DNA of 64,000 bases from Stylophora pistillata (lineage: Eukaryota): contig NW_019217912.1 of NCBI RefSeq assembly GCF_002571385.2, positions 381,380 through 445,379 on the forward strand. The letters are read 5' to 3'. The position numbers and the translations under genes were made by a program. Positions 49,998 to 62,583 of the stretch are shown here, piece by piece (within the stretch, counting starts at the first letter, position 1; each line of letters begins with the position of its first letter). Under the pieces are notes generated by a model. That model saw only the letters and a program-made list of their open reading frames with translations. It had not been told where the DNA came from and ran no database searches.

Positions 49998-51129
49998 CAC
50001 AAACTTTGGAGCAAGTTTTCTCTCTACGAGGCAAATAGTTGACTTGTAACTCGTATTCTTGCGATTTATTTTGTTAATATTTGATTAGTGAGCTGACACA
50101 ACGTGTAAGGTAAGAATTGTTCAAATGAAAATAAGACATTCGTGGATCCGACCGGAAATGCCATTTGAGAATTACAGAGTACCTTCCAAGGTGTGAGGAA
50201 AGACATCATCCGAAAGAGCTTTTCCGAATTTTTCTTTAAAATTAACATCAAGACGCAGTTCTTCTCCATCTTACAACTTGAAATATCATAATTTTACGCC
50301 ATTTAAATACGTCGGAAAGGCTCCGCCTACTAAACGGGTGCAGGGAGTTTTCCAGTTTGTCTTTCCGTGGGTCAGTTTTCCTTGGTGAATAAGTCGGGGG
50401 TTATTAAGAGTACATCTGTCCACCAAAAATCTAAGGATAGCCCTAAACTGAAATGGAAAACTATGTGTCAGTCCCACCTGGTTGCTAACACGGTTTTGGC
50501 AAATATAGCTGCTAGGTAGCCTGAACTACGTCTATAGTGAATAATCTACCTGGGTTATTCCCCAAGGATCGATCAAAGAATTAAAGCCTAGGTGGAATTA
50601 ATTTTTTGTCCTCAGAAAAATAAACGTTTCCGGGCTCAACATATGCATGTATGGGGGTCCTGATTACCGGTCAAAAAAAAGTCATAGAAACAGAGAGAGT
50701 GCTTTAAAGCTTTTTCTAGAAGCATCTAACTTTAATTCCTTATCTGTCTACTGTCATGGCAAATACACAACATAATAATAAGGGCAAGACTTGAACGCTT
50801 TATCTTTCTCTGGAGAGTTGGGAACACTGTGTCTATCGTGTCCCGTAAATGGGGTGAGTAAGGATAAGGAAAGCTTCTTTAAATTTTGTCACTTTTGCTC
50901 CAAATTAGTTGACCGCTTATGCTGAGGAAATCGCAAAGAAACTGTAAAAAAATATCACTTTAAAGTACAAGCATCTTAAATTTAAGCTCCATAAAATTAT
51001 GATTTTTGTAAAGTATTTGGCACTATCAAATGCACAGCGATGATCCTTTAATGACCGATGACTCACTGTTAATCTTGCGTGTGGGAACATAATTTAGTAA
51101 TTCAAATTAAGGAATCGAAAAGGGTCAGC

Positions 51130-51130
<1 letters not shown>

Positions 51131-51162
<32 letters not shown>

Positions 51163-51410
51163 TAATAATAGTAATAATAATAACAACAACTTTATTTAAG
51201 GAGGGTAACACATGACAGTAATTCAACTGCTGAACTTGTGGCCCTCAAATAAATCAAACAAAGATTTCATATAAACATAAAATGCATCAAAACCCCCACC
51301 GGCAGGAGGCAGACCATGCAGTAGGCTATTTACAGAGTGCAGCCGAGGAGTTGAACTCGGGGCAACTGAGAACAAATCCAGCGAGTAGAGGGTGGAGGAC
51401 TCGAACCCTC
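51131..51410 (-). mobile_element. Degenerate SINE-like fragment with (AAT)n tract
   Basis: B-box-like ggactcgaaccc and gagttgaactcggg next to an (AAT)n run at 51131-51190. Confidence 0.45.
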
Positions 51411-52011
51411 ATATCACACTACATAGCACAGTATATATATTATAGCAATATCTAGTATACCATACAAGAGTCTATTTACTGTATACAACTACTGTGATAT
51501 GGATGGATTAATAGCTTAGGTTACGCTTAATGAAAGGGAGAACACTCAGAAAAATTACAATTCATTTAACCGAAACGAAATACCTGCTCGTATATGATAG
51601 GATTGATACAACTACAATGCTTCGTCTACTAAAATGATACATTCTAAGTCTAATAGCGGTTTGAATAGTCTTATTGGTAAGCAGTTTTTCCCTTACCGTA
51701 GTGATTATAATTTTACTGTCTTTGTTCACTTCCTTCGGTTTAGCTATCTGAAGGGTAAGGACCAAGTAAAGAATTTAAAATATATGCATGGCTGCCTGTA
51801 AACCACTCATATTGTTTCAGGCTTTTGAAGTTGACAGCTTATGATCGATTGTTTAACAATAAATGCGAACAAGCTGAGGCAGTATCTCAAGAGTTTTGAC
51901 TCTGCAGGTTGTTCTATCTATGAGGTAATACAAAAGTTCCCGCCTCTTCTATTTGATTTTAATTGACAGGCACATCCCCTTTTTCACACAATTGCTTTGA
52001 AAACGTTCCTA

Positions 52012-53896
52012 ATGGCGTTTCTGTCCTTTTGGATTTGGGCCGTCCTGAGTAACGTTGTGATAATAGGCATTCTTGCTGCTCCAAATCCAATATATGGAAA
52101 TAATCAACAACGCCGTTCTCTTCCCAATGGAAATCGAGATTTAAGAGCATCAAGCCTTGGACGTCCCTTATCAAAGTTCGCACAGGATCAAAATGTTAAC
52201 TCAGCGTCGTCTTCACCAACCAAACAGATCGTTCAAACTCAAAATTACAGAACCACACAACAATATTCATTTCCATCGAAATTCATGCCCTTGGGCAAAA
52301 ATCAACCACTACAGAGTTTCACGCAAGATGATCAGCCACCAAAGAAGATGACGCCACCAGGTGATCAGCAGAAACAGAAAGCCGTGGAGAACAAAGACGA
52401 GACGGTTAACACTAATAAGTGTGGGTGTGGGTGTGGCTGTTGTTGTGGAGCAAATAATGATAATAAGAATGGAGAGACTGCAAACAACAAGGACAAAAAC
52501 TGCTGTTGCTGCTGCTGTTGCCAGCCTCCCTGTTATTGCTGCCAGCCATGTTGCTGTTGTCAGCCATGCTGCTGCACTTGTTGTCATCAAGACATTTGCC
52601 ATCACCACGAACATGACCACGAATGTTGCGTGCATCACGATTGCTGCGTGCATCACGTGCATCATATCACTCATGACTGCCCCTGCGCCCAGCCATGCTG
52701 TTGCGGATGCCCACAAACATGTGGCTACTCACAAGCTTGCGGCTGCCCACAAACTTGCGGTTGCCTACAAACTTGCGACTGCCCACAAGCTTGCGGCTGC
52801 TGTTGTCAGGGGTGCAGTTGTGGGATCCCGGGGCCTCCTTGTCATGGGTGTGCTGGTCTCTGTGGCCTCCAAACTCCCTGTAACTGTGGGTTATTAGGAT
52901 GTGGATGCCCTGGATGCCCATTCCAGGCCGTACCTTGTGGCTGCTGTGGGTACACTAATGAAAATGCTGGAGATCAAAATTATCTTTTGCCTTATAAAGA
53001 AGGTAATTCAAGTATTATTTAGCGTAAACTATTCATTGTTGTTCTCAGTCTTTATGCTCCTTTTTTTGCATTCTAGAAAGAAGTAAAGAACTAAAAGGGG
53101 AGGAGGAAGAGAAAGCAGCTCGGCGTCAACTTATTCTTCCACCTGGCTACCTTTTCCCGGCTTTTCGACGTGTAGAATCCTTCAGTTCCCTTAAAAGGTT
53201 AGTCAATCCATTTTCAGTTAAATTCCCTATGAAATAAATGTAGGGTTTAACACTGGAAAGCATGAATTGATTCATACTATCTTGTTAGTGTGGTTGTATT
53301 AGTGTAACGCAACTATACAGGGCACAACAATTATTTTTCTGCTGGTTCTTTTAAATATAGAGTTTTCTCATTTCCTACATTACCTCTCTAGAGAGCGAGA
53401 ATTTCGAGAGGTATCTTTAAAGTCACAATTCACTTTAAAACTGCGTTTTATTCATCAGGGCAAGTGAAAACTGCAATGAAATTCAAATAATTAAAAAGTT
53501 ATCTCAATGCACATCGAAGTTAGGGGATTTTTTTTCACCAAATTTTGGAAAAACTACGTTTGCATAACTGGATAGTAAACACTAGTTTATGTGTTCTGTT
53601 TATTCTAGTCTAGATAGGTCTGCTCCGATCTAATCTCCGTTTTTGTCAGCGCCATTAAGTCCTAGGAACAAGTACGATTTCAAATGAAGGGTGTTCCTTT
53701 TAATATTACTTTCATCTTACTGTGTATCAAAAAACAACTATTTTGATTTTGATCTGAGCTGAGACTGTGAAGGATTTCCCCCATAATATGTCTATTTTAA
53801 ACCAACAGGACCAAAGTTCCCTTTTCTAAGCGAATGTACCGACGGATGGCACGCCTGAACACTCGACTGATACCGTATCGTTTATGGTTCTGGTGA
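52012..53896 (+). CDS. Secreted ultra-high-cysteine/His-rich protein (~399 aa); exons 52012-53002, 53077-53197, 53809-53896
   Basis: Hydrophobic N-terminus MAFLSFWIWAVLSNVVIIGILA; Gln-rich pro region; CCCCCCCQPPCYCCQPCCCCQPCCC, His-rich CHHHEHDHECCVHH, (CGCPQT)-type repeats. Downstream exons are phase-compatible. Start codon uncertain. Confidence 0.75.
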
Positions 53897-54930
53897 GCAG
53901 CAAAGGATGGTCCTCCGGCAAAAGAGACGTTTTTCAGATAAAATGATGAATTAAATTCTTGCTGTATAATCACGTCACGACGCCACTATTGATGGCGGCG
54001 CGTATTTCTTTGTAATAAATAACATTAAACATAATTTTCCTCCTGATAATATGCGTACTGTACATCTTTACCAGACGCACTAGTGCGCACACCAGTACTA
54101 GGAAATAACCTGCTAGGTTTGGATTGGAACAAATTGCGGCGCTAAATCATTGATTGAGGACTCAAATTTTGTTACTTCAGAGGTAACAATGAAAAATTTC
54201 TTTCTCGGCCTCAAATATCTTATTTCGCTTAATTCTTTCTTCCTTTTTTTGGCATTAAAACGCTGCACTAAAAACAATTTCTTTAAACGCTCTAGTTGGT
54301 GGCCAACCTTTACCCAAAATGGATGGGAAATTATTTTTTATTACCCATGGCAACGAGGACAATACGAAATATTACTTTTTAATATGCGTTGAACAAGGAG
54401 AAGATTCACCCTAAATAGCAATAAAATACCAAAAAAAATGGGAGGCAGCGTAATATTGTCACCTTCCATCTGTAAACGTCACCTCTTCAATTAAACACTT
54501 AATTAATAACGTCTAATCTACTTCTATCATCGTCCTGGGATCAGTAAAAAAATTAGAAATAAAAAAAATTAAAAAATTCTTAATGTGATTTGTTTTGGTT
54601 TAGTGAATCACAGAAAGAACTCTTGTTATTATTCACGAGGAGAAAACATCAAGCGAACTTGTGTTCGCTGGTACCAGAAATGAATATGGCAAATATCTCA
54701 AAATAACCCAATGGCGTTCACTATATTGTGATTTCCATGACATGGTCTTTTGAAGCGTTTAAAAATAAAGGAGGAGATTGGCGTTGAATGATGCTGTGAT
54801 GTAAGATTTATAATTTACTCGAAAGGATAAGAATCCTCACAACAAATTCAAATGCAAAACAAAATTTTCGAGATGTATGTTCTCGAATAGATCCCCGGTT
54901 GTCCAAAACATGGGACATATCTAAAAAGAA

Positions 54931-57736
54931 ATGAAACCGAATATTATAGTGACTTCTTTACTTTCTGCTGTCATATTCAACACCGCCGTAATTTCCGGAA
55001 GAATTTTTAATGGGAGTGATAAGGGTACCTCGAGTAGTTACTCAGGAACGACTGGAAAGAAATATGGTCAGCCAAAAACTGGCCATAGGATTTCCTCAAA
55101 GAGGACATCAAGGAAACTACCAGTGGCAGGAAGTTTGTTAAGGTGGGTGATTTTATTGTCATTGGTTCACGAGTTTAAAATCTTTATAGACTAAATAGAA
55201 AGGTAACATGACATTGACAGAAGAAGAGTGACAACAAATCTCGAAATGTCTTTTGAATCGAACACAAAATTTAAAGAAGGCGAAGTCAAAACATCATGTT
55301 ATATCTAAACAATGAAGAAAATCAAACAAATTTAACATCAAACGACTGAAGACACTGAGACCACTGACCTGTAAGACACAAGGCAACTTGTTAGGCTTTC
55401 GAAAAGTCAGATATTTTCTTCTTTGTTATCAATGACGCAAAATGAGAAAGAAGGAGAACTATCTTTTTATCTGTGATCGGTAGATTGTGGTGCAATAAGT
55501 AGAATGTTTAAGCCAAGGGGAAAAATACTCGAATGGAATCTAATCAAGAAGGCAGTAGTCCTATGATGTGTTGATCGAGCTTGAGAAAACTGGCCGATAT
55601 CGATAGAAGTGAAGCCTCTTGACTTAGAAAATCTTCACTCACAATATCCCCATTACAAGAATGTAAATGGGTTATGGTAAACTGCCAGAGACTTGATTAA
55701 GTCAGCTGTATGTTTACCCAAGATCGACAAACATCCGTCCCTGATGGAGCTACGATGCTCTTAGTCATCTGAAAGAAGCTAATATGTCTCTGCCTGATGT
55801 GGATACAATGGTGTACCGTGTTGACGATAACGAAGAAAGATATTTTAGGATTTTTGCTACAGAGACATTTCAAGTTGGATTTTAATTAAAAAATAATATA
55901 GATCATTTACTATCCCTTTTGTGACTTTTTACTTGAATACAGGGGTTTGTGGCATCGTTGAACATTAATTCCCACAAATAAATTACCTTTTCATCATTTA
56001 AAACCAAATTTTGGCTCAGTGATACACGAATGTTTGTGTCCCCCAAAGCTGTGACCCCTTTATTCCGTCCCTGAAACAAGGTACGTGTATTCTTGATATT
56101 AGATTTTATATCATTCAGTTATGATTTATCTTTAACAACATTCTGAAGGCTATTTTTCATTCTTTTTCTAGACCCGAGTCCCTGCCTAAAGCACCACAAA
56201 GCAATGATGTAGGAAAAAATAAAGGGAAAAGATGTGGTAAGATTTAAGTGAACTTTCATTTTAAAATGTCCACTGCAATAGTCTCATAGTTTTATTACGT
56301 TTGAGGAAGAAAATTAAATTCTATGCAACTGTGGTTGCTTCTATGTAAATTTAACTACCATTCGCGGTACCTTTAGGATCTGGATAGTCGAACTGCAATA
56401 CTTTCTCACCTGCTAATAAAATTGTTGGTTTAAGGATAAATTTCTTTTTTCAGGATGTTGTATTTGCCACGGTTGTCAGCCTTGTGTTGGCGGCTGTATG
56501 CCAAATTGCGATTGTGACTGTTGTCGCCATGAATGCGATGAAGGTTTGTCAATTTCTATCCGCATGACGAATATTGTTACAATTTACTGTCGATTGGCCA
56601 CTGAGTGCAACTGTTAATAAGGGTTAACTGAATGCATGCGGCATGAAATTGATAAGCTTTGAAAAATGAAACAATGTCAAAGAACTTGACACTACTCTTG
56701 GAAACTATAGAGAGGAATTCATAGACACCAAGTCTGACTAGCAGTTAACAGGAATGCACTGCTTCATGCAAAATTTGTGATGCTTTTCATTTACTGAATG
56801 CAATTGAGTTGGTAACAGAGCAAACGATGATTTTTACACCCAGTAGAAGGATGTGACGTACACCATTTTAACTTAGTTTCTTACTGTGTACACTCGATCA
56901 CAAAGTCGTCATTTTGAATTTATAGCTCGCTGCTGGTCAAAACGTTTGCCTGATATGTAAAAGAGAAGGTACCATTTACTCTATAATATAAGCTAAGATC
57001 AAGATACATTGAGTCAGATGATCGAACCACAAAAAAAGATACTCCCCTAATGCTACATTTCCAACATTAACGAGTCAATTTGAGGAATGATGCGATATTT
57101 GGGGTATGCAACCATCCCATGGACTTCTAAAGGCAACACGACTCCGGCATAAAAAACGGAGAGTCACACAGCAGCACCATGCAACGATGTGGTGAGGCTA
57201 CCGACGGCATCACGATGCCCTTTCAACATTTAACATTTCGTACACAAAAAAAGGTCTTGACAGTCCTATTTTGCTGGTAGCTAATGTAAGGGTCAGTCAA
57301 ACACTTGTTTGCTCAAAATTTATTGTGTATATCGTATCTATTGTGTATATACTCCATTCATCCTTTAGGTTGTTGGTGTCCTATTCCGGGTGCCGAGGAA
57401 GCCCCTAAAAAGAAGCCCGCAGAGGAGCCATGCTGCTCTCCTTGTTGTTGCCCATGTTGCCCTGTTCCAAGTTGTCACCATTGTTGTCATCATATTCATC
57501 ATCACCATCACCACTGCTGCCCTTGCTGTCATTGCTGCCACTGCTGCCACTGCTGCCACTGTTGCCCATGCTGTTGCCACTGTTGCCATTGCAAACGATC
57601 TCAAGGGCCGTTATCACCAGCATTCTTAAGAAGACCTCTCTTCTTGTACATGGTTACTCCCTATCCTTCAATCAGTGGACTTAACGCAAAGGACGCATGG
57701 TCGCTGTTACAACATGGGCCATTACGCGTTCACTAA
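54931..57736 (+). CDS. Secreted Cys/His-rich protein (~244 aa); exons 54931-55142, 56172-56236, 56454-56543, 57369-57736
   Basis: Signal MKPNIIVTSLLSAVIFNTAVISG; GKR-CGCCICHGCQPCVGGC...; His6 tract and (CCH)n repeats, then KRSQGP. Spliced frame is continuous (735 nt). Confidence 0.68.
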
Positions 57737-59624
57737 GCCGGTAGAAAGCTCGATAACGGCTTTTTGATGGATGATAATTTGTATGATATGAGTTGTAGAT
57801 GTAGTTATTGCTGCATACTCACCTCCAGGTTTGCATCGTCGCGTTCCTCGAGATGCACTAATCAACTAAAATGATGTAGAAGTGTGTTAATGGAGTCTCA
57901 AACTACCCGCAGCTGGCGTAATTCCAGATCTCGACTATACGTGATAACATGAGATCCACCATCCTCTATTTTTCTCCCCAATGTGGACTGGACTCTCTGT
58001 CGAAAAAATGGTTATTTTAAGGGTGCAGTTTGGATAAATTAAGAAATCAATTTTACGGCTACGAGTAGATCGTCGCTTCACACTGTTTATCCGCCTAAAC
58101 GTTATAAACTAGCCAACATGGCCGCGAAAAAATAAACACAAATAGAATGACAAGGGATTTCAGTCACCCTGATAAAAAGGTGCCTGAAACATTTACTAAA
58201 CTCAATGAAGAATGGCGTGTATTTTGCGTGTTTCCGTTTTTAAGAATATAAAATACTAATAAAGAAAATTACGTTTCAGTAAAATAAGTGTCATCTTTGG
58301 TTATCAATCCTGGCTAATTTTACACTTAAATGATCACATGATGTATCCAAAGTAACGTTTCAACCTTTCAATGTGACGAGAGGAACCCGATGATAAAGAT
58401 CACTTTGTCTGCTTAACAGTAGTGAATGCCTAACCATTAGCTATATTTCTTCAGTTTACGACGTGGGGCCTTTCGCACCCTGGGCCCCTGTGCTTGGTCT
58501 TGAGGCGGCGATGGCCAGGAATAAGCATACGTCCACTGTGGGCCAGCATAAACTTTTACGAAGTTCTTTCCAAAGATTTTTAATTAACCTTTGAGTAAGG
58601 GTATTCCTTTAAAGGAAAAATAAAGCGAAGAATGTTTGTCAGGTGCGTAGGAAAAACATTTATTAAATGCATTTCCGTGTCGGTAGACGTTACGAGAGGA
58701 GGAGTTCTTGCTCGGTGGATTTATTCAGGTCGCCGTCACGGTTCAGTTCCGTGTACCTGGATTCCAGTATACAAAACGACTCGTAACGAAGAGCAAACAG
58801 ACTTTTAACATCCTTTTTTCAAGTTCACAATCTGAAGGGAACCGCGCAAAGAGTTTTAACACTAGTCAAGCTTCGAACTCGCTTGGAACCTATATTACCT
58901 AAATAAAGTATTAAATCAACTATAGTGATGTGTTACAGATGACTGATTTATGCCATTAACCCAAATCCGTTTACCCTCTTCACTGTTTTAAAACTGCGTT
59001 TGCAAAACTACGTAATCAAGTGAGTTGAGGTACAGCGCGTACCTCAACAGCAAGTATGCGTTGAGGTACAGCGCGTGGAGGTGTCGCCTGAAGGTTTGTA
59101 TCTGCACTGTGTACACAAGGCATTTTCACATAGGCACAATTCCTTTTCATAATTTTAATCGGTTCATTACTCCAGGCCAATTGATCTCTTTTAAGAAAGA
59201 GCTCAAATTCCTCATTCGCAAACTATGTTATGAAAACTCTTACGTCTTTTGTTTTTAATTCCTTTATATTGGTATTACTACAGCGAACTTTTATTTTCAG
59301 ATATTCATCTGCAAAAATATCGTAACATAACACTTTCTCTATTCTCTATCAAGTATTGATGCAATTCAAGATATCAAAGGCAATCACTTATCTCCACAAA
59401 TATAGACCGCAATCAGTTGGGTAGAAGCTTTGACCGAGTAAGTACATGGGTGTGAGTTCATTATCCAAAATACATTTACATGTACTTTAAAATTAGTGAT
59501 CTACACAGATATAGAATACAATCAGGTAGGAAGAAGCTATGAACAAGTAATTACATAAGTGTGAGTTCATTATCCAAGTTACATGTACGTGCATTTTACA
59601 TTTAGGGAATGTTTCTCATTTAAT

Positions 59625-59991
59625 AGGGACCTTAAGAAACCACGACGGCGACGGCAACGAAGACGTGGAAAAACAAGAGATCTAATTGGCAGAACAGTAG
59701 CTCAGCACGTGCGTTTTGAAACTTTATACATTTCATAGCCGTCCTATGCAAAACAGCAATGTGAAATCGCCAAAATTTGCGTCGTCTGCGAGCCGAAACC
59801 GCGACGGCAAATTATTTTAATTTCCATTTGGAACTCAACTGCTACTTCATACGTCATGCTGAAGTTGAGCTGTGGCGCTATATGAGACAGTAAGCTCCTG
59901 CAACCAATAATTAAATTCTAACTAAGAGTAGCAATTCATTTTTTAATCGAAGTCTTCCTTGGCGACGCCGTCGTGGTTTCTTAAAGTCCCT
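59625..59991. mobile_element. PIF/Harbinger-like MITE
   Basis: TIRs agggaccttaagaaaccacgacggcg / cgccgtcgtggtttcttaaagtccct with 3-bp AAT direct repeat. Confidence 0.82.
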
Positions 59992-62583
59992 AATAAATGA
60001 TGTGAGACAGTAAACTGTCTGTTCCATTGAGAGGAGGTTGAAGTGAGTACTACTGCACATATCTGATTACATTTACATAGATTATAAGTACACCTCTACA
60101 CATTAGAATGTCGTGATAAAGGCCAGGTTTTCCTGTATTTAAAGTCATGAAAAGTAATCACAAAGTGACACATGTACAGGTGGCCCTAACCACGCTTCCA
60201 CGGAGGTTACCAGTTATATCCGACAAATCGTCGGAAGAATCTTTTTTATTATGGTGTCCCTTTTTATTGTTTTCAAGTTGTAGTTGGGTGGCTTACCGCA
60301 TGATAATCACGTTTACTCGGCTCAAACCCTGTTCGTAAACTGAAAGAAAAAAATACTTTCTAACACTTTAAGTGGTAATCCTAAACTGAAAAATGAACGC
60401 GATATCTGTTAAATATTTGTTTCAATCCATCTTCTTGAGTTATCAGTTGCAGTTAGTTTCACTCACTGATATACTGTCTCAAAGACTGAAGCAATCATTC
60501 CGACTAGTCTCAAAGGCCATCACTAGGAACGATAGGAAAACACAGACACACAAACACACACACTCGCACACACAAAAGGGTTGCCGTACGACAGTGATTA
60601 CCGAAGAAACGATTTAGCTGCGATGGAGATGCACCGATCACAGTTATTAAAAACCATCCAATCACAGCTATCCACAATGCTATGCAAAAGAATTGTGGTC
60701 AGTTTACCTTACTTCCTCAAGACGACTAACCATGTGTACTCGAAATATCGCACTCCACATCTGAGAGCGACACATCGTTGGCAAGACTTTGGAAGGACAA
60801 GGTCAGGTTTTAATTTTAAAATGTGCATTTACCTCCGCGCCCTTTCTATCTAGTTTTTGTTTTAACAAGACCTGAACCTTTTAGTTATCTTTTGAACAGT
60901 TAAATGAAGTCCATGGAACAGAATATGAGCCTATAACTGGTGTTGAGTGAGCCAATCAGAACACTAGAAATGCAATCGGAATTGGAAACAAACAAACAAC
61001 TTTTGAAACAGTTTTAACAAGTATCTGTCACAATCTCACTCTTGTCAGTTAGAAAGCCCGTAAGAAAAAACGCGCTAGGACACTTTTAAAAAGAAAGACA
61101 GTGTGATATTGCATGCGGCTACAGATGAAACACAATTTTTAAAGCACTGAATAAAAATAAAGGTCGTATAATGACACTAGAAGGTAGTGTGGCAGAAGAT
61201 TTGTATTCACACCTGCCGCATCCCATATATTTACGAGTATCCGTTCACAAGAGAAAGATGATTCAAGAATGTATTGACGAATTGATGTTCAACCAATAAT
61301 TAAATGAAAACAAAGAATCACATTAACAATTATGAAAATAATAATGACAACATTAGTAATACTAATGATAATTCATAGGGGCTAGCACTAAGAACAAGTC
61401 AGATTGCAGGATTCCTTACCGTCCCCTTTGACAAGAAAAATGGATAAAGTTATCTTCCCGTCAAAGGAAGTTATTGATCATTTACGAGCAGATAAAATCA
61501 ATGAACAGTGATACGGAGTAATAAAACAGGTCAAAGTGATTAGTGTACTTGCAAAAATAGAACGTACCAGAAAGCCATAAGGTTCAAAAACGGCGGGGAC
61601 ATGATAGAAACTTACCGTCTTTGTTACGCATGTGCACTTACAGTGCACTTTGTCAAGATATAATAATCTTGACTTTGAAGTGTGCCATAAATTCTCTCGA
61701 TATCTACGATTTTGATATAACACGTTTATGTTTCGAATAAAAATTACCTATCAAAATGTGGCGTTTTTTACTCTCCCTTTTGTCTTAGTTTTCTTTTGAA
61801 AAAGGTAGTTTAACTAAAACAGAAAAAGAATCCGATCAGACATTCGGTGTCTAGTTTTATTTTCATATTGATGTGTCATCCTCAAGTGAGTAGCAAATTG
61901 TGTGACTTCAACATAGAACTTCAAAATCAGTGACCCCTACTAAGTAAAGAAAAGTAAGTTCTGACAATGAAACGAGGAGCTAGAGCAAGATTTTGTGGCT
62001 CATTTATGAATAACAGGTTAATAAACAATAAACAAATCATTACTTGTAATTTGAAAGGGGAAACAGAAGATTTGATAAAAAAAATTGTACTTTAGTAACA
62101 ACAAGTTTGCATATTGAATTATCAATTATCTTTGTTTGTTATATAACTTGGGACAAGCAAACTAAGGGCTCCAAGGAAACGAGGGAATGTTGATAAAATC
62201 GATAGAAGGAAAAAGAAGCATGGCCTAAAAAGCAGTATCTCAGGCACAATTTTCAAAAGCTTCCGACAATCCTCTGAGAAGAGAATACGTGATTAATGGT
62301 TAATACGCTTGGCAACGAAGAAGACCTTAACGCTGTGCGGTAGGTGGTACTCGAGAAACTATCAGGTGTCGCGTTTTGCGGCCAATCAAATCCAAAGGGT
62401 GGGCGTGATTTACAAAAGGGGGAGAGTTTACCAGTAGTAAAGTGACAGTCCCTTGAATCATTTGTCAAACTGCCTCCTCTTTGTGATGTAATACTTCCTC
62501 ATTTCCTTCCATATCAAATAACCATTAGAGAAATTTTTTTTCTTTTAGATTCATTCGCAGTTTTTTCCTCTTCACCTGGCAAT

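Noticed and set aside
40577-50559. Shared 13-mer TACCTGGGTTATT upstream of cluster genes (40577, 50547; partial reverse complement at 54701)
   Set aside because: A 13-mer match is expected by chance in 64 kb of AT-rich DNA and I did not find it upstream of most cluster genes; needs formal motif discovery.
34946-57684. Antisense and alternative-frame ORFs over cluster genes (e.g. 34946-35422, 52309-52716, 52361-52897, 57365-57684)
   Set aside because: Shadows of low-complexity coding sequence; they lack coherent splice or signal-peptide structure.
30487-57736. Minicollagen, SCRiP or amidated neuropeptide identity for cluster genes
   Set aside because: No Gly-X-Y tracts or poly-Pro plus canonical CRD spacing; precursors are larger than SCRiPs; no repeated short X-Gly-Lys/Arg amidation cassettes.
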